DNA from: Propionibacterium ruminifibrarum
Lineage (GTDB): Bacteria > Actinomycetota > Actinomycetes > Propionibacteriales > Propionibacteriaceae
Direction: 5' to 3'
Assembly (NCBI RefSeq): GCF_900289195.1
Contig: NZ_OMOH01000003.1
Location: forward strand, 337,099-369,098
DNA length: 32,000 nt
Shown here one piece after another: positions 1 through 7,620 of the stretch (position 1 is its first letter; every line of letters begins with the position of its first letter). The notes beneath the pieces are model-generated. The model was given only the letters and a program-made list of their open reading frames with translations. It ran no database searches and was not told the DNA's origin. The position numbers and the translations under genes are program-made.

Positions 1-306
1 AAGGTCGCCGAGGACGTCGTGGCGGGCAAGGCCGATCGCGGTGTCGTCGTCTGCGGCACCGGCATCGGCGTCTCGATCGCCGCCAACAAGGTCAAGGGCG
101 CCTACTGCGCCTGCGTCGCCGACGTCTACCAGGCCCAGCGGGCCACCCTGTCGAACAATGCGAACCTGATCGCCATGGGCTCGCAGGTGCTCGGCATCGA
201 GACGGCCAAGGTCCTGCTCGAGAACTACCTGGCCAACGAGTTCGACCCCAACTCGCGCAGCGGCGTCAAGGTCGCGCGTATCCGCGAATACGAGAACGAG
301 CACTGA
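1..306 (+). CDS. rpiB: ribose-5-phosphate isomerase B family (RpiB/LacAB) sugar-phosphate isomerase, 5' end cut by window edge
   Basis: Frame 1 is open from nt 1 (KVAEDVVAGKADRG...). The motif VVCGTGIGVSIAANKV...NANLIAMGSQV is the RpiB/LacAB core. Stop TGA at 304-306. Third codon positions are G/C rich. Confidence 0.85.
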   Translation, partial: KVAEDVVAGKADRGVVVCGTGIGVSIAANKVKGAYCACVADVYQAQRATLSNNANLIAMGSQVLGIETAKVLLENYLANEFDPNSRSGVKVARIREYENEH

Positions 307-333
307 GCGGTGCGGGGAAGCCGGGATCTGGAC

Positions 334-1080
334 ATGAGTGAACCGATCGTCGCGGTGAGTCTCAAGATGTACTTCGAGCGGGCCCGCACGCTCGACTACG
401 CCCGCTCGCTCGTCGAGCTGGTCGGCGCCGAACAGGGCCTGTCCGAGGCCGTGCGAATGGCCGTGCTGCCGGACTTCCTGACCATCGCCGAGGCCGGGAC
501 CATTCTCAACGGCTCGGGCATCGTGCTCGGCGCCCAGGACCTCTGCCAGGACGACCGCGGTGCGCGCACCGGCGAGGTGTCAGGCGCCGACCTGGCGGCT
601 CTCGGCGTCGGGGTCGTCGAGGTGGGCCACGCCGAGCGCCGAACGATCTACCGCGAGGACGATGCGATGGTCGCCGCGAAGACCGCGGCGGCCGTCCGCA
701 ACGGCATCATCCCACTGCTGTGCATCGGTGAGGCCGAGCGCTCCACCGAGGCGGAGGCGGCCGCCAAGTGCATCGCCCAGGTGCGCTCCGCCCTGGCCGG
801 TACCCGGCCGGACGATCTCTGGCTCGGTTACGAGCCCTACTGGGCGATCGGCGCTCCGGCTCCGGCGCCGTCCGAGTACGTCTCGGGCGTGTGTCGTCTG
901 ATCCGCGAGGGTCTCGGCGACGTGCCCGGCCTGAGCCTGCTGTACGGCGGCTCGGCCGGCCCCGGCCTGCTCGGTACGCTCGACCCGGCGATCGATGGCC
1001 TCTTCCTGGGACGCTTCGCCCACGACCCGGCCGCCTTCGTCTCGGTCGCCAAGGAGGCCCGTGACCGCGCGGTGGTCTGA
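334..1080 (+). CDS. triose-phosphate isomerase family protein, divergent paralog (TpiA2/EryH-like tetrulose/erythrulose-phosphate isomerase candidate)
   Basis: The TIM catalytic landmarks are present but non-canonical: VAVSLKMYF (Lys), VGHAERR (His), GYEPYWAIGAPAPA (Glu). The ORF track starts at GTG 310. ATG 334 (MSEPIVAV...) gives the usual short N-terminus. Confidence 0.8.
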   Translation: MSEPIVAVSLKMYFERARTLDYARSLVELVGAEQGLSEAVRMAVLPDFLTIAEAGTILNGSGIVLGAQDLCQDDRGARTGEVSGADLAALGVGVVEVGHAERRTIYREDDAMVAAKTAAAVRNGIIPLLCIGEAERSTEAEAAAKCIAQVRSALAGTRPDDLWLGYEPYWAIGAPAPAPSEYVSGVCRLIREGLGDVPGLSLLYGGSAGPGLLGTLDPAIDGLFLGRFAHDPAAFVSVAKEARDRAVV

Positions 1081-1113
1081 ACGGAGCCGTGACCCGCTTC
1101 TCGAACCCAGACG

Positions 1114-1159
1114 CACTGGCAGGAGCCGCCGGTACCATGCCCGGCGGTTCCTGCCAGTG
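1114..1159. terminator. long GC-rich hairpin between convergent genes (probable bidirectional terminator)
   Basis: CACTGGCAGGAGCCGCCGG (1114-1132), loop TACCATGC, CCGGCGGTTCCTGCCAGTG (1141-1159). This is a 19-bp stem with one G-U pair. It lies between the TIM-like stop (1080) and the GntR stop (1251). There is no U-tract. Confidence 0.55.
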
Positions 1160-1250
1160 CTGCGCACTGTGAGTCCGGTGTTCTTCCTCCCCGAGTGGCG
1201 CTCCGGGGAGATGTCGTCGGCGAGTGAGGCGCCAACGGGTCACGGCGGTG

Positions 1251-1982
1251 TCACATCTGGGCCGTGAGGCGTTTCGTCGCGGTTCTCATGTGGGCCCGCA
1301 TGGCCTGTTCGGCGGCCTCGACGTCGTGTTTCTCGAGTGCCCGCAGGATCTTCTCGTGCTCGCCCAGGGACTCGACGGCGTCGGCCACGCTGCTCAGTGC
1401 CCGATCCATCCAGATGCTCAGCAGGGTGCGGCAGGTGCGCAGCATGTCGGCGGTCAGGGTGTTGCCGCAACTGTCGACCAGGATGACGTGGAAGCGGTAG
1501 TCGATGGGGATGGTCTTCTGCACGTCGGGGAGTGCCTCGCGCATTGATTCGATGTTGTCCTGGAGCAGGCCGATGGCCTGCTCGTCGGCGCGTTCGGCGG
1601 CCAGACGTGCCGCCTCGACCTCGAGTGCCGAACGGACCTCGAGCAGCTGCTGCGTGTCGTGCTCGCCGAGCAGCATGCCCCAGGTCAGCGTCTTGGGCAG
1701 CAGATCCGATGTCGTGCCGCGCACGTACGTGCCCGCCCCGGGGCGCACTTCGACCAGGCCCAGCAGCTCGAGGGCGGCGAGCGCCTCGCGGACGGCCGAG
1801 CGCCCCACCCCCAGCTTCTCTGCCAGTGCGCGCTCCGGCGGCACCCGATCGCCCGTCGACAGGGGGCCGGTGCCGAAGTGAGCCAGCAGGTGCTGAGCGA
1901 CCTCGGCGGCCGTGGTCCCGCGGGGGAGCGTCGACATCTCCTGGAGGAACTCGTCGGCAGGGCCGGATGCGTATGCGGGCAT
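1251..1982 (-). CDS. GntR family transcriptional regulator, FadR/FCD subfamily
   Basis: N-terminal winged HTH: RVPPERALAEKLGVGRSAVREALAALELLGLVEVRPGAGTYV. The C-terminal helical FCD-like domain includes ...HEKILRALEKHDVEAAEQAMRAHM. Divergent from the MFS operon. Confidence 0.85.
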   Translation of the reverse strand: MPAYASGPADEFLQEMSTLPRGTTAAEVAQHLLAHFGTGPLSTGDRVPPERALAEKLGVGRSAVREALAALELLGLVEVRPGAGTYVRGTTSDLLPKTLTWGMLLGEHDTQQLLEVRSALEVEAARLAAERADEQAIGLLQDNIESMREALPDVQKTIPIDYRFHVILVDSCGNTLTADMLRTCRTLLSIWMDRALSSVADAVESLGEHEKILRALEKHDVEAAEQAMRAHMRTATKRLTAQM

Positions 1983-2036
1983 GCCGTCAATCTACTAGGC
2001 GTGACGTGGCCGGTGCCGAGCACGAAAAGATTACAT

Positions 2037-2075
2037 GTTAACCGGTTGACAGGTTTACCGGTGTTCTTCTAATCT
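2037..2075 (+). promoter_or_regulatory. sigma-A type promoter with overlapping palindromic operator candidates
   Basis: -35 TTGACA (2046-2051), 18-nt spacer, -10 TAATCT (2070-2075). The 14-bp near-palindrome GTTAACCGGTTGAC (2037-2050) overlaps the -35. A second ACCGGT palindrome (2057-2062) lies in the spacer. Located 63 nt upstream of GTG 2138. Confidence 0.45.
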
Positions 2076-2137
2076 CGTCCCCATACCGACGCCGCGCAGC
2101 GTTGCGCGAGTCGTCCGAACGATGACGAGGAGGTCAC

Positions 2138-3469
2138 GTGTCGAGTGCTACAACCGTGAACCCGGCTGCTGAGAAGTCGGCGGTTCACAAGATCTCCGTG
2201 CGGCTGGTGCCATTCGTCGCACTGATGTTCTTCATCAACTTCCTCGATCGCACTGCGATCGGTTATGCGGGCCCCAACGGGATGCAGCAGGACCTGGGCA
2301 TGACGGCCGCCCAGTTCGGCCTGGCCTCGGGGGTGTTCTTCATCGGGTACATCATTCTTGAGGTCCCCTCGAACCTGGCGCTGCACCGATTCGGCGCCAG
2401 GGTCTGGCTGTCGCGCATCATGGTGTCGTGGGGCATCGTCGCCGTCCTGTTCACCTGGGTCCAGTCCAGCGGCCAGCTGTACGCCCTGCGTGTCCTGCTC
2501 GGCGTCGCCGAGGCCGGCTTCTTCCCCGGGGCCATCCTGTTCCTGAGCATGCTGGTGCCCTCGCAGCATCGCAGCCGTACCCTCATGCTCTTCTACCTGG
2601 CCCAGCCGCTCACCAGCGTGGTCGGGGCCCCGCTGGCCAGCTGGCTCATCCAGCACCACGGCGCCCTCGGGCTCGAGGGCTGGCGCTTCATGTACCTGTG
2701 CGTCGGCGCTCCGGCCATCATCGTCGGCATCGTCGCCTTCTTCTATCTGAAGGACAAGCCAGAGGACTGCCCATGGCTCACCGCGGAGGAGGTCGCGAGC
2801 CTTCGCACTCAGCTGGATGCCGAGGCTGCGGCCAACAGCGGCGAGAAGGGTGAGAAGAACGTCGTGGCCGCGCTCACCAGTGGCCGGGTGTGGGTCCTCT
2901 CGCTCATCTACTTCGGCTTCATCTACGGCCTGTACGCCCTGAGCTTCTTCCTGCCCACGATCATCAAGGGCTTCGGCGAACAGTTCGGCATCGAGTTGTC
3001 GATCCTCCAGCAGGGCCTGGTCACGGCCATCCCGTACGCCTTCGCCGCCCTCGCCATGTACGTCTGGTCGAAGGACGTCACCCGTCGCGGCCTGCGCAGC
3101 TGGCACATCGCCATTCCCGCCGCCATCGGCGGTGTCTCGATCCCGGTCGCCCTGTTCGTCGGTTCGCCGGTCATCGCCATCGGGGTCATCTCGATCACCG
3201 CCATGTCGATCTTCGCCGTGCTGCCGAACTTCTGGACGCTTCCCACGCAGTTCCTCACAGGAGCCCCCGCGGCTGCCGGCGTCGCCCTCATCAACACGAT
3301 CGGCAACATCGCCGGGTTCTCGGCCGGATACATCACCGGCGCGATCCATGACTGGACCGGCGGCTACACCGTCCCGATGTTCGTCGTCGGCGGCTTCATG
3401 ATCGTGTCCGCGACGCTCATGGTCCTGCTGGCCCGTCGCGGCCAGGTGAGGGTCGCCGACGCCTCCTGA
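2138..3469 (+). CDS. MFS transporter, anion:cation symporter (ACS) family (acid-sugar / tartrate-type permease)
   Basis: GAGGAGG RBS before GTG 2138. About 12 hydrophobic segments. ACS-like N-terminal signature FINFLDRTAIGYA...GYIILEVPSN...RVLLGVAEAGFFPG. Confidence 0.85.
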   Translation: MSSATTVNPAAEKSAVHKISVRLVPFVALMFFINFLDRTAIGYAGPNGMQQDLGMTAAQFGLASGVFFIGYIILEVPSNLALHRFGARVWLSRIMVSWGIVAVLFTWVQSSGQLYALRVLLGVAEAGFFPGAILFLSMLVPSQHRSRTLMLFYLAQPLTSVVGAPLASWLIQHHGALGLEGWRFMYLCVGAPAIIVGIVAFFYLKDKPEDCPWLTAEEVASLRTQLDAEAAANSGEKGEKNVVAALTSGRVWVLSLIYFGFIYGLYALSFFLPTIIKGFGEQFGIELSILQQGLVTAIPYAFAALAMYVWSKDVTRRGLRSWHIAIPAAIGGVSIPVALFVGSPVIAIGVISITAMSIFAVLPNFWTLPTQFLTGAPAAAGVALINTIGNIAGFSAGYITGAIHDWTGGYTVPMFVVGGFMIVSATLMVLLARRGQVRVADAS

Positions 3470-3498
3470 TCGTCAGGGGCCGGGAAACTGGAAAGGAA

Positions 3499-4320
3499 GT
3501 GAGGACAATGGGCCTGGGGATCGGCACCTACGCCCTGTTCTGGGAGTGGTCTGAGGCGGTCGAGCATCCCATCGACCTGACGGGCATGCTCGACGTGGCG
3601 GCCGAACTCGACTGCGATGTCTTTCAGATCTGCGACTACCCGCTCATCGAGACGATGGACGTCCATCAGCTGAACGACATCGCCGCCCAGGCTCGTGGGC
3701 TGGGCCTGGAGCTCGAGCTGGGCACCCGTGGCACACGCTCCGAGCACCTGAACAGGTACCTGGACATCGCCGAGACGCTGGGCGCCCACATGCTGCGCTC
3801 CATGGTGCGCGTGGGCGCCGGCGAACCCACACTCGACGAGTCCCTCGCCTCGGTCCGGGGACTGCTGGCGCGGCTCCACGAGAACGGCGTCTCGATCGCC
3901 TTCGAGACCTATGAACAGCTGCCCAGCGAGCGTCTCGTGCAGTTCGTGACCGATGTCAACGATCCGCACGTCGGCATCTGCCTCGACCCCGCCAACTGCG
4001 TCGCCGGGCTCGAACTGCCCGGTGACGTGATCGGTCGCTGTGCGCCGTACACGCTCAACCTGCACGTGAAGGACTTCGCCTTCACCCGCCAGGCGGGCTG
4101 GGTGGGGTTCACCTACGCGGGGGCGGCGATGGGGGAGGGGCTGCTCGACTTCGACGCCGAGATGAAGGCGGTCCGTCCCCTCGAACGGGGCATCAACATG
4201 ATCGTCGAGCACTGGCTCACCTGGCAGGGCGACCCGAAGTCCACCGTCGCGCTGGAGCGGCAGTGGACACGCCGGAGCCTCGACTACATCCGCAACTACA
4301 TCGAAACCAAGGAGAACTGA
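3499..4320 (+). CDS. sugar-phosphate isomerase/epimerase, xylose-isomerase-like TIM barrel
   Basis: E-D-H-E metal-ligand pattern typical of the family: AFETYE, CLDPANC, NLHVKD, IVEHW. Alternative start ATG 3508. Confidence 0.75.
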   Translation: MRTMGLGIGTYALFWEWSEAVEHPIDLTGMLDVAAELDCDVFQICDYPLIETMDVHQLNDIAAQARGLGLELELGTRGTRSEHLNRYLDIAETLGAHMLRSMVRVGAGEPTLDESLASVRGLLARLHENGVSIAFETYEQLPSERLVQFVTDVNDPHVGICLDPANCVAGLELPGDVIGRCAPYTLNLHVKDFAFTRQAGWVGFTYAGAAMGEGLLDFDAEMKAVRPLERGINMIVEHWLTWQGDPKSTVALERQWTRRSLDYIRNYIETKEN

Positions 4321-4323
4321 ACC

Positions 4324-5178
4324 ATGAGTGAGAACCTGAAGATCGCAGTCGTCGGCGCCGGCGGCAAGATGGGCATGCGCGTGTCCAACAACCTGCAGCG
4401 CACCGACTGGACCGTGTTCTACTGCGAGAACGGTGAGGCCGGGAGGCAGCGCGTGCAGGAGGCGGGCCGCGAGGTCGTGCCGACCGACGATGTCATCGGT
4501 GACGTCGACGTCGCGATCCTGGCCGTGCCCGACGTGGCCCTTGAGCCCGTCACCGCCGACGTCGTCCCCAAGATGAAGTCCGGCGCCATGGTGCTGACCC
4601 TCGACCCGGCGGCGGCCTATGCCGGCCTGCTGACCATGCGCGATGATCTCGACTATGTCGTGGCCCACCCCACGCATCCGTCGGTGTTCCTCGAGCGCCA
4701 CACGCCGGAGGAGTACGCCGACACCTTCGGTGGTGTTGCCGCCCCGCAGAACTCGGTCGCGGCGCTGCAGCAGGGCGACGAGTCGATCAAGCCGCTCGCC
4801 GAGAAGATCATCTCGACCATGTACGGTCCGGTCATCAAGGTCTACTGGACCTCGGTGCACGACCTGGCCGTGCTCGAACCCACCCTCAACGAGACCATCG
4901 GCTGCATGATCGGCCAGTTCCTCAAGGACGCCATCGACGCCACGGTATGCCACACCGACATGGACGAGGCGACCGTGACAGCCATGATCCATGGCCACAT
5001 CTGGATCGCCCTGACCAATGCCCTGCGCGGCTCGAACCCGTTCTCGGACGCCTGCCTGCTGGCCATGGACTACGGCCGCGAGGCCATCATCAAGGACGAT
5101 TGGGAACGCATCTTCAACGATGACGACCTCGACATCGTCATCGCCAAGATGCTCAAGCTCGACAAGGTCAGGCACTGA
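4324..5178 (+). CDS. NAD(P)-binding oxidoreductase (6-phosphogluconate-dehydrogenase-like fold)
   Basis: AAGGAG RBS. N-terminal Rossmann motif KIAVVGAGGKMG. The start lies 3 nt after the upstream stop, consistent with translational coupling. Substrate unknown. Confidence 0.65.
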   Translation: MSENLKIAVVGAGGKMGMRVSNNLQRTDWTVFYCENGEAGRQRVQEAGREVVPTDDVIGDVDVAILAVPDVALEPVTADVVPKMKSGAMVLTLDPAAAYAGLLTMRDDLDYVVAHPTHPSVFLERHTPEEYADTFGGVAAPQNSVAALQQGDESIKPLAEKIISTMYGPVIKVYWTSVHDLAVLEPTLNETIGCMIGQFLKDAIDATVCHTDMDEATVTAMIHGHIWIALTNALRGSNPFSDACLLAMDYGREAIIKDDWERIFNDDDLDIVIAKMLKLDKVRH

Positions 5179-5204
5179 CCGACTGTCGGATCGGCGAAGA
5201 AAGA

Positions 5205-5238
5205 GGGATGGTGGTCTCGTCAAGGAGGCCACCATCCC
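5205..5238 (+). terminator. stem-loop after oxidoreductase gene (terminator or attenuator candidate)
   Basis: GGGATGGTGGTCTC (5205-5218), loop GTCAAG, GAGGCCACCATCCC (5225-5238). This is a 14-bp stem with one G-U pair, 27 nt after stop 5178. There is no clear U-tract. Confidence 0.45.
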
Positions 5239-5305
5239 TATATCCTGTAGGAACTAACCCTATGGTTCGGGCCGCTGGGCCCTCAACGATGAGCACAACC
5301 ATGAG

Positions 5306-7018
5306 ATGGGAGAGACAATGACGTACCTGGTTGGCGAGCCGCTGGATTTCGCGGCTGACAGTCTTGCGGGCTTCGTGGCCGCGCACTCTGATCTGGTCCA
5401 GGCGGTTCACGGTGGCGTGGTCCGCGCCGACGCCTCACCGCAGGGCGAGGTGGCCGTCGTCGTCGGCGGGGGTTCCGGTCATTACCCGGCGTTCGCGGGC
5501 TGGGTTGGCCCGGGCATGGCCCACGCTGCCGTCTGCGGCAACATCTTCGCCTCGCCGTCGGACTCGCAGGTCGTGTCGGTCTCGAGGGCGGCCGACAACG
5601 GCGGGGGCGTCCTGCTGCTGTTCGGCAACTACGCCGGTGACTGCCTTCAGTTCGGCAAGGGTGCCGAGGTGCTCAACGCCGAGGGCATCGCCACACGCAT
5701 CGAGACGATCACCGATGACGTGGCCTCGCGCCCCGTCGAGCAGTGGGCCGAGCGCCGGGGCATCGCCGGTGACTTCTTTGTCGTCAAGATTGCCGGCGCT
5801 GCCGCCGCGGCGGGCTACGACCTCGACGGTCTCGTAGAGGCCACCCGTCGCGCGAACGCAGCCACCAAGACCCTGGGCATCGCCTTCGACGCCCCGACCC
5901 TGCCCGGTGCTGCCGAGCCCCTGTTCACCGTGCCCGAGGGGCACTACGAACTCGGTCTGGGCATCCACGGCGAACCCGGCCTGTCCTCGCACCCGCTGAG
6001 CGGGGTCGATGATATCGCCAAGACCCTCGTCGAGGGCCTCCTCGCCGAGAAGCCTGCCGATGCGCGACGAGTCGGCGTCCTGGTCAACGGCCTGGGCTGC
6101 ACCAAGTACGAGGAGATGTTCGTCCTGTACGGGCGAGTGGCTCGGCTGCTCGAGGCCGCCGGCTTGCAGATCGTCGTCCCGATCGTCGACGAACAGGTCA
6201 CCAGTCTTGACATGGCCGGTGTCTCCCTGTCGGTCTGCTTCCTCGACGACGAGCTCGAGAAGCTCCTGCTCGCCCCGGCTCTGACACCGGCCTACACCCG
6301 TGGCGCCGTTGAACACGGCGGTCCTCGGCGCGAGGTCTCCACCGAGGAGAGCGCCGAGCTGGCGGCCGGTTCGCCGGAGTCGGCGGCGCAGGGCGCCAGA
6401 CTCGCCACGATCGTGGCCCTCATGGCCGAGACGGCCGTAGCCGATGCCGACTTCCTCGGCAGGCTCGACTCCATCGCCGGCGACGGCGATCACGGGCAGG
6501 GCATGGTGCTCGGTTCGCGTGCCGCGGCGAAGGCTGCTGCTGTCGCCTCGGATGCGGGGGCCGGTGCCGCGACAGTCCTGAAGCAGGCGGGTCTGGCATG
6601 GGCGGAAGGCGCAGGAGGCACCTCGGGGGCGTTGTGGGGTCGCGCGCTCGAGGCCGTGGGTGCGGGCCTGTCCGATGACGCGGCGGCCGATGCGGCCACA
6701 GTGATCGCCGCTGTCGCAGCCGGTGCCGAATCCGTGGCTGCCAGCGGCGGCGCCGTGCCAGGCGACAAGACGATGGTCGACGCCACTACTCCGTTCGCCG
6801 TTGCGCTGCGCGATGCCGGTGATGACCTGCCGGGCGCCTTCGCCACCGCGGCCAGGGCCGCCACTGACGGGGCAGAGGCGACCAAGGACCTCGTGGCCCG
6901 CAAGGGCCGCGCCACGACGCACGGCGACGCCTCACTCGGCCATCCCGACCCGGGGGCGATCTCCTTCGCCCGCCACATGACGAGGATTGCTGAGTACCTG
7001 GCCGATCATCAGGCCTGA
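5306..7018 (+). CDS. ATP-dependent dihydroxyacetone/ketose kinase, fused DhaK-DhaL domains (erythrulose kinase candidate)
   Basis: The DhaK-type N-terminal half includes VVGGGSGHYPAFAGWVGPGMAHAAVCGNIFASPS. The DhaL-type C-terminal half includes IAGDGDHGQGM...PGDKTMVD. Alternative start ATG 5318 (MTYLVGEP). Confidence 0.88.
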   Translation: MGETMTYLVGEPLDFAADSLAGFVAAHSDLVQAVHGGVVRADASPQGEVAVVVGGGSGHYPAFAGWVGPGMAHAAVCGNIFASPSDSQVVSVSRAADNGGGVLLLFGNYAGDCLQFGKGAEVLNAEGIATRIETITDDVASRPVEQWAERRGIAGDFFVVKIAGAAAAAGYDLDGLVEATRRANAATKTLGIAFDAPTLPGAAEPLFTVPEGHYELGLGIHGEPGLSSHPLSGVDDIAKTLVEGLLAEKPADARRVGVLVNGLGCTKYEEMFVLYGRVARLLEAAGLQIVVPIVDEQVTSLDMAGVSLSVCFLDDELEKLLLAPALTPAYTRGAVEHGGPRREVSTEESAELAAGSPESAAQGARLATIVALMAETAVADADFLGRLDSIAGDGDHGQGMVLGSRAAAKAAAVASDAGAGAATVLKQAGLAWAEGAGGTSGALWGRALEAVGAGLSDDAAADAATVIAAVAAGAESVAASGGAVPGDKTMVDATTPFAVALRDAGDDLPGAFATAARAATDGAEATKDLVARKGRATTHGDASLGHPDPGAISFARHMTRIAEYLADHQA

Positions 7019-7036
7019 CGCGGGACCGCAACTGGA

Positions 7037-7090
7037 GCACGGGCGCCTCCTCCATCGGTGAAGCGAAGCCGGTGGAGGAGGCGCCCGTGC
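7037..7090. terminator. very strong perfect hairpin after kinase gene
   Basis: GCACGGGCGCCTCCTCCA (7037-7054) is the exact reverse complement of TGGAGGAGGCGCCCGTGC (7073-7090). CGG/CCG pairs extend it inside the loop. It starts 19 nt after stop 7018. There is no U-tract. Confidence 0.6.
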
Positions 7091-7280
7091 GCGATGGATG
7101 TGGCTGGGCAGGATCGTGATCAGGCGGTTCGGTGTCCGGAGCCAACCGTGGTGGTCGCGGGTCTGCTGCCGGATGGATCGCAACGGCAGGCCTCTGGTCG
7201 ATCGCCGATAGGTGTCGCCTTGTGCCCCATGGATGCGCGAGGGGCTGTAGACAGATGAGGAATTACTGGCGTTAGCGTCC

Positions 7281-7377
7281 TATATGATCTATGATGTGGC
7301 ATATCTGATCGACGATGACGTCCTGATCGGAGGGACATATGCACACGACGGATGCATGGCGCATCGGGTGCACGACA
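7281..7377 (+). repeat. copy A of duplicated promoter / 5'UTR / first-13-codon segment (copy B at 21557-21656)
   Basis: Identical 15-mer TATATGATCTATGAT (7281-7295 = 21557-21571). Also shared: ATGACGTCC (7315-7323 vs 21578-21586), TGATCGGA (7324-7331 vs 21596-21603), and ATG + 12 codons with 30/39 nt identical. Confidence 0.8.
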
Positions 7378-7533
7378 TCGCCCCATGCGCACGCTGGGGA
7401 TGGCCAGGTTGCTGACCGGATGGTTCTTGGTCCTGGGCCCCACCTGCTGAATCGCAGCACGCGAGTCGGGCTCGGCGAGGCAGACACCGTGGTGTGCTCC
7501 GCGTCTCAGAAAAGATGGGGCCATGCGCTCTGA
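7339..7533 (+). pseudogene. probable 5' remnant of a TIM-barrel isomerase/epimerase paralog (64-codon ORF)
   Basis: MHTTDAWRIGCT... parallels MYTADAWPIACK... of the 311-aa gene at 21618. Similarity fades after about 20 codons and the ORF stops at 7533, with only about 90 nt left before the next gene. A hairpin at 7519-7545 spans the stop. Confidence 0.4.
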
Positions 7534-7620
7534 AGCGCCATGGCCTCGTTCACACCAGTCGCCGAAACGGGCGGCGGGTTCACCAAGTTTTAGTTCAGCT
7601 ATGTGACAAGGAGGTCCATC

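Noticed and set aside
2069-3349. Long antisense ORFs opposite real genes. Examples: 2069-3349, 3364-5235, 5435-6922, 14706-15590, 15619-16596, 18211-18993, 19461-20264, 27776-30091 and 30254-31888, all on the minus strand.
   Set aside because: These are typical high-G+C shadow ORFs. The translations are Arg/Gly/Asp/His/Pro-rich low-complexity strings with no motifs. Each fully overlaps a gene with clear family signatures, an RBS and proper third-position G/C bias.
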